Of a stretch of DNA of 64,000 nt, positions 25,498-37,790 are shown in pieces. Source of the DNA: Octopus sinensis. Its lineage: Eukaryota. Each line of letters starts with the position of its first letter. Position 1 is the stretch's first letter. The stretch spans positions 130,944,001-131,008,000 of the forward strand of contig NC_043001.1 of NCBI RefSeq assembly GCF_006345805.1, read 5' to 3'. The notes under the pieces were generated by a model that was not told the DNA's origin, made no database searches, and saw only the letters and a program-made list of their open reading frames with translations. The translations under genes and the position numbers were made by a program.

Positions 25498-25729
25498 CTT
25501 TACTAAGCCAACAAGGGAGACTCTAGGTCAGAGGTGTTAAATAGGTTTTCAGCCTTCAGTTCAATTTTGTAAGAAAAATATTATCAATTTTAAAATATTC
25601 TGCAAAATATATAATTCTAAAATGTGTTCAGTGTGCAGTTGGAGCTATAATGAATATCAGTTCTGGTTAATGAAATCAGTGCATTGTAGGTAAATTTCTA
25701 TCTCAACCACTGAAAATATTCAAATCATT

Positions 25730-25992
25730 CGTCTGGCACCTGTGTCGGTGGCACATAAAAACACCATCCGAGCATGGCCGTCTGCCAGCCTCGTCTGGCA
25801 CCTGTGTCGGTGGCACATAAAATCACCCACTACACTCTCGGAGTGGTTGGCGTTAGGAAGGGCATCCAGCTGTAGAAACACTGCCGGATCTGACTGGCCT
25901 GGTGCAGCCTTCGAGCTTGCCAGACCCCAGTTGAACCGTCCAACCCATGCTAGCATGGAAAGCGGACGTTAAACAATGATGATGATGATGAT
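25730..25992 (+). mobile_element. Family-E SINE-like element, (GAT)n tail
   Basis: tcgtctggcacctgtgtcggtggcacataaaa twice, then gttggcgttaggaagggcatccagctg...catggaaagcggacgttaaacaatgatgatg. Confidence 0.85.
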
Positions 25993-26071
25993 ATGAACAG
26001 ATGTGACCCATTTCTCTTTCACTTTGTCTATATAAGCCAAAAGCCATCGAGAAAACCATTAAAAAAAATTT

Positions 26072-26236
26072 AGGAGTGGCTGTGTGGTAAGTAGCTTGTT
26101 TACCAACCACATGGTTCCGGGTTCAGTCCCACTGTGTGGCACCTTGAGCAAGTGTCTTCTAATATAGCCTCGGGTCGACCAAAGCCTTGTGAGTGGATTT
26201 GGTAGATGGAAACTGAAAGAAGCCCGTCGTATATAT

Positions 26237-26274
<38 letters not shown>

Positions 26275-26483
26275 TTGTGTGTCTGTGTTTGTCCCCCTAG
26301 CATTGCTTGACAACCGATGCTGGTGTGTTTATGTCCCCGTCACTTAGCGGTTCGGCAAAAGAGACCGATAGAATAAGTACTGGGCTTACAAAGAATAAGT
26401 GCCGGGGTCGAGTTGCTCGATTAAAGGCGGTGCTCCAGCATGGCCGCAGTCAAATGACTGAAACAAATAAAAGAGTAAAAGAG
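26072..26483 (+). mobile_element. OK-like SINE, full length (~411 bp)
   Basis: Complete head, (TA)n(TG)n and tail. Confidence 0.92.
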
Positions 26484-26689
26484 TATTAGTCCAAATAGAT
26501 TCTATTGATATGAATAATAATTTAAGGTTTTGCAACAGAAGCAATGCAAGCTTTCAATCCAGCATCGGTTTGTTAAAAAATTATATGCATTCATTTGATC
26601 AGCTTCAGTCTCCTTTCTCACTCTAAGGATTCTTACTAAACAGGACTGTACATATACATACACCATGTGGGAGAGATTTTTATCACATA

Positions 26690-27091
26690 CTAGCAGTATC
26701 GCCCGGCGTTGCTCGGGTTTGTAAGGGAAATAACTATATAAGCATTTATAGAGAGTTATAGCCAAAAAATAGCAAAAAAAATGCATTAAAAATGGAAAAA
26801 TAATGATGATAAATTTTTTTTTTAAATCGTTGACTCATCGTAGACATTTTTAGAGAGTTACTTCCCTTATATAATAGCGAAAAAATGCATTAAAATGGAA
26901 AAAAATTATGGTAAATTTTTTTATTTAAATCATAGACTCATCGTAGATGCGCGCTAATACCCAGAAGGGCTCGATATGAATCCCGACTATAAGATACCCG
27001 GTTTTGGTTAAACTGCACCGCAAAATGTGGGAGTAGTTAGGAATCTAAATCGTAGGAGACAGACACACAACTTGACTTTTATATATAAAGA
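26690..27091 (-). mobile_element. Non-autonomous Helitron (complete)
   Basis: The minus strand starts A|TCtttatatataaaag and ends cccgagcaacgccggg-cgatactg-CTAG|T: 5' TC, subterminal hairpin, 3' CTAG, A/T insertion site and no TSD. Confidence 0.9.
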
Positions 27092-27417
27092 TTTCTGTAT
27101 GGAACCTTTGTTAACACCTCCTATACTTTGCTTGCTTTATTGTTATAGTGTATATTGACTCCTTTATCCATCTACTTCGGCCTACAATATGAATAGGGCT
27201 TTTAGAAATTATTTTCTGCATACAGTCTCAGATATCTAGTTTATACTGCACTGCAGCACACAAAATCCAATGAGTTTGACACCTTACTCTATATGGTTGC
27301 TGAATCAGCAGTTAAATCTCCTGCAAATCTTACTCTACCAATTTTTAAAAAGAACATTTTAGATAACATCAACTGGTCCTGAATATACCGTCTTTCAAAA
27401 AAAAAAAAAAATTGAAA

Positions 27418-27584
27418 TAGGCACAGGAGTGGCTGTGTGGTAAGTAGCTTGCTAACCAGCCACATGGTTCCGGGTTCAGTCCCACTGCGTGGCATCTTGG
27501 GCAAGTGTCTTCTGCTATAGCCCCGGGCTGACCAATGCCTTGTGAATGGATTTGGTAGACGGAAACTGAAAGAAGCCTGTCGTA

Positions 27585-27647
<63 letters not shown>

Positions 27648-27864
27648 TGTGTGTGTGTTTGTCCCCCTAGCATTGCTTGACAACCGATGGTGGTGTGTTT
27701 ACATCCCCGTCACTTAGTGGTTCGGCAAAAGAGACCGATAGAATAAGTACTGGGCTTACAAAGAATAAGTCCCAGGGTCGATTTGCTCGACTAAAGGCGG
27801 TGCTCCAGCATGGCCGCAGTCAAAATGACTGAAACAAGTAAAAGAGTAAAAGAGAGTAAAGAGT
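27418..27864 (+). mobile_element. OK-like SINE, full length
   Basis: taggcacaggagtggctgtgtggtaag...gtaaaagagtaaaagagagtaaagag. Confidence 0.92.
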
Positions 27865-28744
27865 AACCAAGTCTGGAAAGTCCCTGAGGCTGCTGGCCTG
27901 GGTCAAAACAACAACCAGTCAGATTAATCTGAACAACTTGCTCAACAACAACAACTTTCAATAGTGAACCACATATCAGCTCTCTGCTAGGATCTTAATT
28001 TCATGTATGTTAGAATGGAACAAATATAACAGTAATAGAAAACGACGCCGACAAAAATGATAACAAACACTTGTGACCCTGAAGTCATCGATCTGATATT
28101 TTATCTACTACTGCTGGTGGCCATTTCACTTCTGTCACACATGCATGCTGTCCTAGTTGACTACTTTTGTTAACTTTTCTTTCAGCATGACAGTGAATTA
28201 ATAAAGGTATCACATATTATCAGAATAGACTATGAGAGAACATATATTATTGTTTAATCAAACTGCTCCATCATCTATCACTTGTTACTGAATGAAGTTA
28301 TTGTTCGAATGATATGGCTTTACACAGATATTAGCAGCTGGCATATGCTCGCTATCCCAAACTTACCTATTGATGACAATATGTATATGAAAATACACAC
28401 ACACACACACACGTATTTACACAGGTACACATTCAGGTGTACATACCTGAATGCGTGCATGTGTAAATTTACATATGTATGCATGAATATATAAGTGGAT
28501 GCACAGATATATAAGTGTACAGAGATATATATTTACAAATATATATACATGTGTGCATGCACAGGTATATATATATATATATATATATATGCATGTGTGT
28601 GCAGATATATATACATACGTATGTGTGAATGTGTTTGTGTGTGTACATGTATATATATATATATATGCATATACATGCATGTGTGTGGAGGGGTCAGCAT
28701 ATATTATATGAATACTGATAGATACAAGCAAATACATTTATGAT

Positions 28745-28777
<33 letters not shown>

Positions 28778-29060
28778 CTTTGTGTCTAGACACACATACA
28801 CATATATGTATATTTCAGAGTCTGTTTACAGACCCATCTTCATCTTTTGGGGGTTTTTTTGTAAATTCTCATATGTATATATGTATCTACATGTAGATAA
28901 AATAAATAATTTTTCACTATCTACAAACAGATGTTTTCATTCTGCTGTATATTGAATAATTTTTATCTATATTTGTTAAATATTGCTGTTGTGCAACAAC
29001 ACACCTTGGAGCATATGTCAATTATTTCTGTTGCATTAATTTAATATATTCTTATTATTA

Positions 29061-30316
29061 CTGAGCTGGTGGAATTCGTAGCAAGTCAAACAAAATGCTT
29101 CGTGGCATTTCTTCTAGCTCATTAATTTCTGGGTTCAAATTCTGTCAATTTCAACTAGACTTTTTACCCTTTTTTTTTTCCCTTTCAAGGTTAATAAAAT
29201 AAGTACCCGCTGAACAATGGGGATCGATGTATTCAACTTACCCCTGCTCTTAAAATTGCTGGCTTTTTCTTTGCCATAAATTAGAAATCATCATCATCAT
29301 TTTTATAATTGCTTATTATCGTTATTCTTATTTCTAAGGTGGTGAGCTGGCAGAATTGTTAGCACACCAGAGAAAATGGTTAGAGCCATTTCATCCATCC
29401 TTACTTTCAGAGTTCAAATTCCATTATGGTCGACTTTGTCTTTTATCCTTTCAGGGTCACTGAAGTAAGTTCCAGTTATGCACTGGGGTCGACATAATTG
29501 ACCAGTCCACTCCCCTGACATTTCAGGCCTTGTGGCTATAGTAGAAAGGATTCTTATTACTATTAAGGTGGTGAGCTGGTAGAACCATTAGCATGCCGGG
29601 CAAATGATTAGCAGTATTTTGTCTGTCTTCACGTTCTGAGTTCAAATTCCATTGGGATGGACTTTGCCTTTCATCCTTCCAGGGTCGATATAATAAATAC
29701 CAGTTGAGTACTGGGGCCAATGTAATCAACTGTCCCCGTCCCTCAAATTTCAGGCCTTGTGCCTATAGTAGAAATAATAATAATAATAATTATTATTATT
29801 ATTATTATTATTAAAAAGAAGGCAAGCCAGCAGAATCTTTCAGCATGCTAGAGAAAAAGCTTAACCATTTGTCTGTCTTTACATTCTGAGTTCAAATTCT
29901 GTCAAGGTTGACTGTGCTTTTCATCCTTTCAGGATTGATAAAGTAAGTACCAGTTTAATACTAGGGTCAATGTAATTGACTTGCCTTTCCAACCCAAAAT
30001 TTCAAACCTTGTGCCTATAACAGAAAGGATTAGTATTATTATTGTTCTTTTTCTTACTACTACTACTACTACTACTACTACTAATACTACTACTACTACT
30101 ACAATGGCAAGCAGACAGAATCTTTAGCATGCCAGACAAAATGCTTCGCAGCATTTTACTCTGGCTTTACATTCTGAGTTCAAATTCTGCCAAAGCTGTT
30201 GTTTTTTCTTTTCATCCTTTGGGGGTTGATAAAATGAGTACCAGTTAAGCATCGGAGTCAATGTAATCAACCAGCCCCATTCCAACCAAAATTTCAGGTC
30301 TTGTACCTATAGTAGA

Positions 30317-30349
<33 letters not shown>

Positions 30350-30387
30350 CATTATTATTATTATTATCGTTATTATTATTATTATCG

Positions 30388-30425
<38 letters not shown>
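29061..30425 (+). mobile_element. Head-to-tail cluster of five old family-A SINEs separated by (ATT)n/(ACT)n
   Basis: Starts near 29061, 29337, 29566, 29817 and 30104. Each has ctgagttcaaattc...tttcatcctt...aagtaccag and most end ...gtagaaaggattattatt. Confidence 0.85.
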
Positions 30426-31176
30426 TATCGATTTTGAATTTTCTTCTCTACTCCCAATGTGCCACCATCCTCAGCAAAACATTACCCGGGGCCTCCATGA
30501 CAACAAAGATCTGTACTCCTTTTTTTAAAGTATAAATACAAAGGAAAACAACTAGCTTTGTTAGCTTTATCATAATACCTAGGATTATCATTATACCTTT
30601 GGTTCCCTTTACACTGGATTGCTGGTAATATTATGTACAAAATTACTCTGTTTTTTTTTTCCTTATCTTGAATACTAAAGGTATGTGTCCCACCACTGCA
30701 GACTTATAGTATGCTGAGAAACACTACGGCCAGAAGGAAGAAAGCTGTATATTAGTATCATAAAGTGGCAGAAATGATTGGCAGTCAGTTTTGTACCCTA
30801 ACTTTGCCTTTCCTTCCTTTAAGAATAAACCAAACTTTGGAGTGGGATGAGATGGGATGTAGGATTGGGATGCAATAAGACGATGGTGGTAGATTCAGTC
30901 TCACTACATGGTACCATGAGCAAGTGTCTTCTACTATGTCCCCTGGCTAACTAAGGCCTTGTGAGTGGACTTGGAAGATGGAAATTGGACGATGCTCACA
31001 GTATGCATGTGCCTGTCCTTGTCTTGACATTGTGTGGTAGTTGTAAATGTATGTCACAAAAGTGGTGTTGTTTATTCCGTGGAAACAGGTCTGACCATGG
31101 ACAAAAATACCTTGATTGGAAATAGCAGAAGGTCTGCAACAGGAAGGCATCTAGCCATAGAAAATCTCTCACAACA

Positions 31177-31406
31177 GGCTGCGAGCTGGCAGAAACGTTA
31201 GCATGCCAGGCGAAATGCTCAGCAGTAATTCGTCTGCTGCTACGTTCTGAGTTCAAATTCCGCCAAGGTTGACCCTGCTTTCATCCTGTTTGGTTCGATA
31301 AATTAAGTACCAGTTACGCACTGGAGTTGATGTAATCGACTTAATCTCATTGTCTGTCTTTGTTTGTCTCCTCTATGTTTAGCCCCTTGTGGGCAATAAA
31401 GAAATA
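31177..31406 (+). mobile_element. SINE family A with 18-bp TSD
   Basis: agaaaatctctcacaaca (31159-31176) / agaacatctctcacaaca (31407-31424). Inserted into an older family-E copy. Confidence 0.9.
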
Positions 31407-31724
31407 AGAACATCTCTCACAACAAAGTCTGTCTGAACTATGCAAGCATGGAAAAGTGGATGCTAAAACAAAAACAATGATGGTATTATCCATGTATATA
31501 TATATATTACAAAAAAGGAGGTAGTCAGAATTTTGGATAATTACTTATTTGCACTTTCATCTTTGTTTTCAAGGCTTATCAGATATGATTTTTTGCAGAA
31601 AATTTTATATAAATCTGGAAAAAATTTTTATATAAATCTGGAAAAGAATTTTCTTCTGTTATCTAAATGTGTGTGTGTGCGGTGTGGTTATATATATTTA
31701 TATATATAATATATTATATAGAAA

Positions 31725-32249
31725 TCGAAATCGAATTGAACCAGCCAGGATCCCTGGTTGGTGGTACGTAAAAAAGCACTATCCGACTCGTGCCGATGAC
31801 GCACCGCCTCGACTGGCTCTTCCGTGCGGTGGCACATAAAATACACCAATCTGACCGTGGCCTTTTGCCAGCCCCGCCGATGGCACACTGCTGCAGGTGG
31901 CACGTAAAAAGCACCCACTTACAATCACGGAGTGGTTGGCGTTAGGAAGGGCATCCAGCTGTAGAAACATTGCCAGATTTAGACTGGAGCCTGGGCAGCT
32001 TCTGGCTTCCCAGAACCCCGGTCAAACAGTCCAACCCATGCTAGCATGGAGAACGGACGTAAACGACGACGATGATGATGATGATGAATAGATATCATCA
32101 TCATCATCATCATCATCATCGTTTAGCGTCCGTTTTCCATGCTAGCATGGGTTGGACGGTTCAACTGGGGTCTGTGAAGCCGGAAGGCTTCATCAGACCC
32201 AGTCAGATCTGGCAGTGTTTCTACGGCTGGATGCCCTTCCTAACGCCAC
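31725..32249. mobile_element. Two family-E elements tail to tail (inverted)
   Basis: The + copy at 31725-32087 ends in (GAT)n. The - copy at 32095-32249 starts with (CAT)n. Confidence 0.9.
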
Positions 32250-32414
32250 ACATGCGTGTGCATGCATGTATGTATGTGCATGCACGACACATGTTTGCAC
32301 GTGCTCATGCTTGTACACACATATGTACACAAGCATTTATATATACCCACATATAGATAACAAAGGCACAGTCTCTTCCAGATTTATATAAAAGATATAA
32401 AATTTTTTGTAAAA

Positions 32415-32463
32415 ATATATCTGATGAGTCTTGGAAACAAACAAGATGAAAGTGTTAATAAAT
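32415..32463 (+). ncRNA. Minimal type I hammerhead-ribozyme-like motif
   Basis: atatat CTGATGA gtcttg [gaaacaaa] caagat GAAA gtgtt a ataaat. Stem II is 6 bp (G.U at 10.1-11.1, consistent with CpG decay), stem I pairs 5/6, stem III is weak, and aataaa follows. Confidence 0.55.
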
Positions 32464-32547
32464 AAATATCCCAAAATTCTGAGTATGTCTTTTCCTTAAT
32501 ATGTAAAAACTGTACACAACTACAAACAATCTATGCACACACACACA

Positions 32548-32955
32548 TAGGCACAGGAGTGGCTGTGTGGTAAGAACCTTGCTTTCCATCCACAAGGTTC
32601 TGGGTTCAATCCCACAGTGTGGCACCTTGAGCAAGTGTCCTCTACTAGAGCTTCAGGCCAACCAAAGTTTTATGAGTGGATTTGGTAGACAGAAACTGAA
32701 AGAAGCCTATCATATGTATATATATGTATATATATATCTATGTGTGTGTGTTTGTCTCCCCACCCATCACCACTTAATCGATGTTGGTGTGTTTACCTCC
32801 CTATAACTTAGCAGTTCTGCAAAAGAGGCCAATAAAATAAGTACCAGGTTTTAAAAATAAGCACTGGGGTTGATTCATTCAACTAAAATTTCAATTAGAC
32901 TGTGCCCCAGCATGACCACAATCTAATGACTGAAACTGGTAAAAGATCAAAGATA
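32548..32955 (+). mobile_element. Older OK-like SINE
   Basis: Diverged head and tail. Confidence 0.8.
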
Positions 32956-33444
32956 TATGTATATATGACAGGCTTCCATACAGTTTCTGTCTGGCAACCC
33001 CACTCATAAGGCATTGATCAGACTGAATCTATAGCAGAAGACACTCACCCAGAGTATCACGCAGTCAAATAGAATTTGAAACAGTATGCCTATAAAGTGA
33101 ACTCTCAACCTGAACAACCAAGGAATTGGAAATTACAAATCCAGTATTTAGAGCAAACACTATTGTCTAAATTTGATCAGTATATTGAAACAGTCATACA
33201 TAGCCTCTTTATCTGAAAGATCAGTAGAAACAGGATGGTTAATATTGACATGAGGGGATTGACTGTTGTACAAGAACTAGTTCTGTTGCTGGAGTATATC
33301 TCCCAGTCAGCAACTAGTCAAAGGTATTCCAACCATAACTATCGCATCTTATTTTCCCGCCGCCATTATGTTGATGAATGTATTCTTACATTTTTAAGAC
33401 CATACGATGTGAGTTGAAGGAAATTGGGATGCAATTTCTAGCCA

Positions 33445-34005
33445 GGCCTCATTAAATACAGGTAAAACAAAGACATCATAATTTTATAATTTACAATATC
33501 TTGTAGAGATTCTTATTAAATACAGGTAAAGTTACCTTAGCTTGATAATTTACAATATCTAGTTCAGTTTCTCATTAAATATTGGTTAAAGAAATTGAGC
33601 TAAATATACAATTTAACTCTTTAGTGTTCAGATTACTCTGTTAAATGTAATACTTTCTCACTCAAATTGTTTTGAGTTAATCATGCATTATCTCATAGCT
33701 TTGAGGTTTCAATGATGTGATTGTTTATTTTTAGAATGTCAGTGTAGGTTAGGTGTGAGAGGCCAGATCTAGCCTGTTTGAATATAAAACATATAGAATA
33801 TTTGGGCCAGGTGTGGCCGGTTTAAACACTAAAGGGTTAAAATATCTAGGTTTCTCATTAAATACAGGTAAAATACAGTGAGCGCAACTTTATAATTTAG
33901 TATATCCACTTCAGTTTCTCATTAAATACAGGTAAAATACAGTGAGCGCAACTTTATAATTTAGTATATCCACTTCAGTTTCTCATTAGATACAGGTAAA
34001 ATGAA
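33445..34005. repeat. ~60-64-bp minisatellite (tttctcattaaatacaggtaaa...) split by a MITE
   Basis: Two identical 64-bp units at about 33850-33980 and diverged units at 33445-33612. Confidence 0.85.
33617..33836. mobile_element. piggyBac-type MITE
   Basis: TTAA at 33613-33616 and 33837-33840, TIRs ctctttagtg / cactaaaggg. Confidence 0.85.
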
Positions 34006-34521
34006 ATGACCTTAACTTCATACACTATGCTCAGTTTCTGGCCTCTTTGTGTGTCAGTTTAGCTGAAGTGCAATCAAACATGTCACTTAAATAATAAGTA
34101 ATTCTTGTCACCATCTACAATCACGCTTGAGATGAAAGTTTATCTCTATTTTCTCTATTGTTACATGCATGAAATGCAGAGCTTTCTTAAGAAATAACGT
34201 TTGTCTATCATTAGTTAAATTTCCATTTAGATTAGATTGATGGATGCTCTCTAACATATAAACTGCTGTAAATAGAATTATGTGAGTAAACAGAATTATG
34301 TAAGTAGAATTATGAACTCGGCTCAAGTACAGAACAGTTTAACTTTTGTAATAAACACTGTTTCATTTTCCAAATATCAATACAGCTTTTATTGCAAAGT
34401 GAGTATGAATGACTTAACTGGACTGCACAGAGTAACTATGAGGGTAAACTTATAACGTGCATATATTAATGTTTGCTTTTATGCTATAATAAAAGCAATT
34501 CTACACTAAACTGTAGGGTTA

Positions 34522-35103
34522 TAGGCGCAGGAGTGGCTGTGTGGTAAGTGGCTTGCTAACCAGCCACATGGTTCCGGGTTCAGTCCCACTGCATGGCATC
34601 TTGGGCAAGTGTCTTCTGCTATAGCCCCGGGCCGACCAATGCCTTGTGAGTGGATTTGGTAGATGGAAACTGAAAGAAGACTGTCATATATATCTATATA
34701 TATATATATAAAAAAGGAAATGAAGAAAATGCTGACAAAATAATTTAAGTAAGGGAGAGTGTATTTAGTTAGGTGAAAGTTCTTTACCGGTTGCGCATTT
34801 GTTATGCTTATCAAAAGATATATTTTTAAGAGAGATAGAGTTCCTTTCTGATAGATTTTTTTCCTCTTATATATATGTATGTGTGTGTTTGTGTGTCTGT
34901 GTTTGTCCCCCTAGCATTGCTTGACAACCGATGCTGGTGTGTTTACGTCCCCGTCACTTAGCGGTTTCAGCAAAAGAGACCAATAGGATAAGTACTGGGT
35001 TTACAAAGAATAAGTCCCGGGGTCGACTTGCTCGACTAAAGGCGGTGCTCCAGCATCGCCGCAGTCAAATGACTGAAACAAGTAAAAGAGTAAAAGAGTA
35101 AAG
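34522..35103 (+). mobile_element. OK-like SINE with ~160-bp foreign insert in its internal (TA)n
   Basis: Head 34522-34690, unrelated sequence about 34708-34866 flanked by TA runs, tail 34880-35103. Confidence 0.85.
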
Positions 35104-35687
35104 AGAGAGTTACTCTACTTACGCTAAAGTAAAAATTTATTATTCTTTAACAAGTATTGACAGTGACTTCGATGTTTTGGCTAGCTAAGCCATCATCGAA
35201 GTGTGTATGTGAGTGTGTGTGCTTGTGTGTGTGTGTGTGTGTACGTGTGTGTGTGTGTTAGATTACTATGCTGTTTGTTAGCAGAGTTCACTGGAGTAGC
35301 TTTCTGTGATAGCCACATGATTCTCTGAATCCATACCTTATATTACAAATTATATATATATATATATATTAAATATATACATACAATATTAGATAGGGAA
35401 AAATATTTTTCCTATCTTGCTGTAATAGATTTGTGACTAATCGATGGTACAGAAGTATTTTTTGGCTTCTATCATTAGTGATATAGGTACTCATGTAGTA
35501 CCCTTGTGTATATATGTACATATCTAATATTGTATGTATATATTTTATTAATTTGCCTGTATGGCTGATAATTCGCTTACCACTTGTGATGTTATTGTAA
35601 TAATACCATCCCTAAATTTATATATATCGCAAAAAATTCTATCAATGGCCAGCATATTAAAAAATACCTTTGCCCTTGTTTATAAGT

Positions 35688-35734
<47 letters not shown>

Positions 35735-35824
35735 CCTTCCTTCCTGTGCATCCAATAATACTATATTTGTTCCACATTCTCGCGTTGTTGTGTTTTTTCT
35801 TTGTGTTTTCATGTTTGGATTAAC

Positions 35825-35874
<50 letters not shown>

Positions 35875-37224
35875 AGGCTTCCCAAGAATTTTTTCTACCA
35901 AATCCATTAATGAAGCATTGGTCACCCTGAGGCTACAGCAGGAAATACTTGTCCAAGGAACTGCACAGTTTGATAACAACTCATGACAACTCATATCTAT
36001 GCAACCACACTTTGTGTGGTGTATAATTCTGAAAAAAGTAAAAAAAAATCAGTAAAGAAAACCAAAGATTCTGGTTGCACACAACCCAATGGAGGGGGGG
36101 GGGCAGAAAGCAGAAATGAAAAGATGTTAAAGAGTCACATAGATTTCAAAAGACAATAATGAAAACAATTTGGGATATAAACCAGGAATTTCAATATCAA
36201 TTTCTAAAATTATTAAGCATAGGAACTTAAACAAAAAACAAGCAATACCAATAGTTGATAACTAAACAAAAATAAACAATAACAGATTGAGACCAATATA
36301 CTAAACATGAAATGGATTAGATTATAATTATTTTCAAAGGCTTTGTTTTATTTTTTATTTTTATTTTTGATGAATTTATTTTTGGTATCATTTATATATG
36401 TATATTTTTTTGTTTCAGTTCTCTGTTATTATCGGTATATATCTATATATTCTTTATTTTTTGACCGAGGCTAGTATTAAATCATGCTAAACTAATTTGT
36501 AGACTAGTTAGGACTTGTCATCAACAATCTTTTGTCAAGCATTAAAAAAATATATATGATATATATATAAAAAAAAGAGCATAAGAAGGAAAATATAGTA
36601 CAGACAACAACAAAATGATTAAAATGAAGACGATGATCCAGTCTAAAAGAGTGTTTATAATGTAAAGAAGATAATATTTTGATTGGAAACTTTAGTGAAA
36701 TACATAAGAACCATATTTTTATATCCTGATTCAAACACCTGGAAAGTAAAAGAATGAAAGAAAAGAAAAACGGTTAATACAAACCAAATACAAACCAAAA
36801 TAAACACCAATGAGATCTTAAAAAAGTATATATATAATAAAAATAAATAAATCTACTGATTTGTCTAGTCTTGTTTTGTTGATGATGTTTAAAGAAAATT
36901 GAGTAGAACATGATACAACATAGACTTATTTAAGTGGGAAGGAGAACAGACTAAAAATGACAGGCCAGAAAAATAAATATATAAATGTATAAATATATGT
37001 ATATATAATACAAGAGTGAAGTTTTTACAGAAAGATACTAGAAACTTCTATCAAAACTTGTCCAATCTTGTTCTGGATTATCTTTTGCTAATCCTCAATA
37101 CATAAGCTTCTGTGACTGAAAGTTTATTTTTAAGTAAAATGATAAAATAATATATGTATTATGTGTGCATATGTGGACATGTGTATGTGTGTGTGTGTGC
37201 AACTATGCACAGTGTATGATATAT

Positions 37225-37262
<38 letters not shown>

Positions 37263-37399
37263 AAAAGTGAGAAAGAGAGAGAGATACCAGCATGAAAATG
37301 GACATTAAAAGATTATATGTATGTACATATGTTGGGGGTGGGACATGTATGTCTGTCTGTATGCGTATGTTTGTGTATATATGTTCCTTTACTCATTTC

Positions 37400-37790
37400 A
37401 TCCATGACCCTCACCACTATCCATACCGCCCTTGCCAGAGCACGTTCTGTGGACTGTGCATCTGCTCTCTTCCCCCCACACCCACCCCACCGTCAACCAT
37501 CTCTGTTCCCCTCGCCTACCACCCCACCACCCTACCTCTCCAACGCACCATTCTCCAAGCATTCCAGCGACTCCAGTCTGACCCATTCACTTGGCATATC
37601 TTCCCTAACCAACCCCTCCACTCCTTCAAACGAGCCCACAACCTACGGGACTTCTTGATCCACAGCTTCTTTCCTAATCCAACCTCCAAACCTGGCTCAT
37701 TCCCCTGCTCCTGCCCATGCTGCAGCACTTGCCCTTACCTCTCCAACAACATCCTTCTCACAGGCACCCATCATCGACCCCATCATATCA
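37400..37790 (+). mobile_element. Penelope-like element relic (region between RT and GIY-YIG)
   Basis: LAYHPTTLPLQRTILQAFQRLQSDPFTWHIFPNQPLHSFKRAHNLRDFLIHS...PGSFPCSCPCCSTCPY matches the PLE LVLTYHP...NLRD.LV...FPC..RC.TCP pattern. Confidence 0.85.

Noticed and set aside
28360-28375. Perfect minus-strand donor AG|GTAAGT
   Set aside because: Upstream sequence is microsatellite with no plausible exon.
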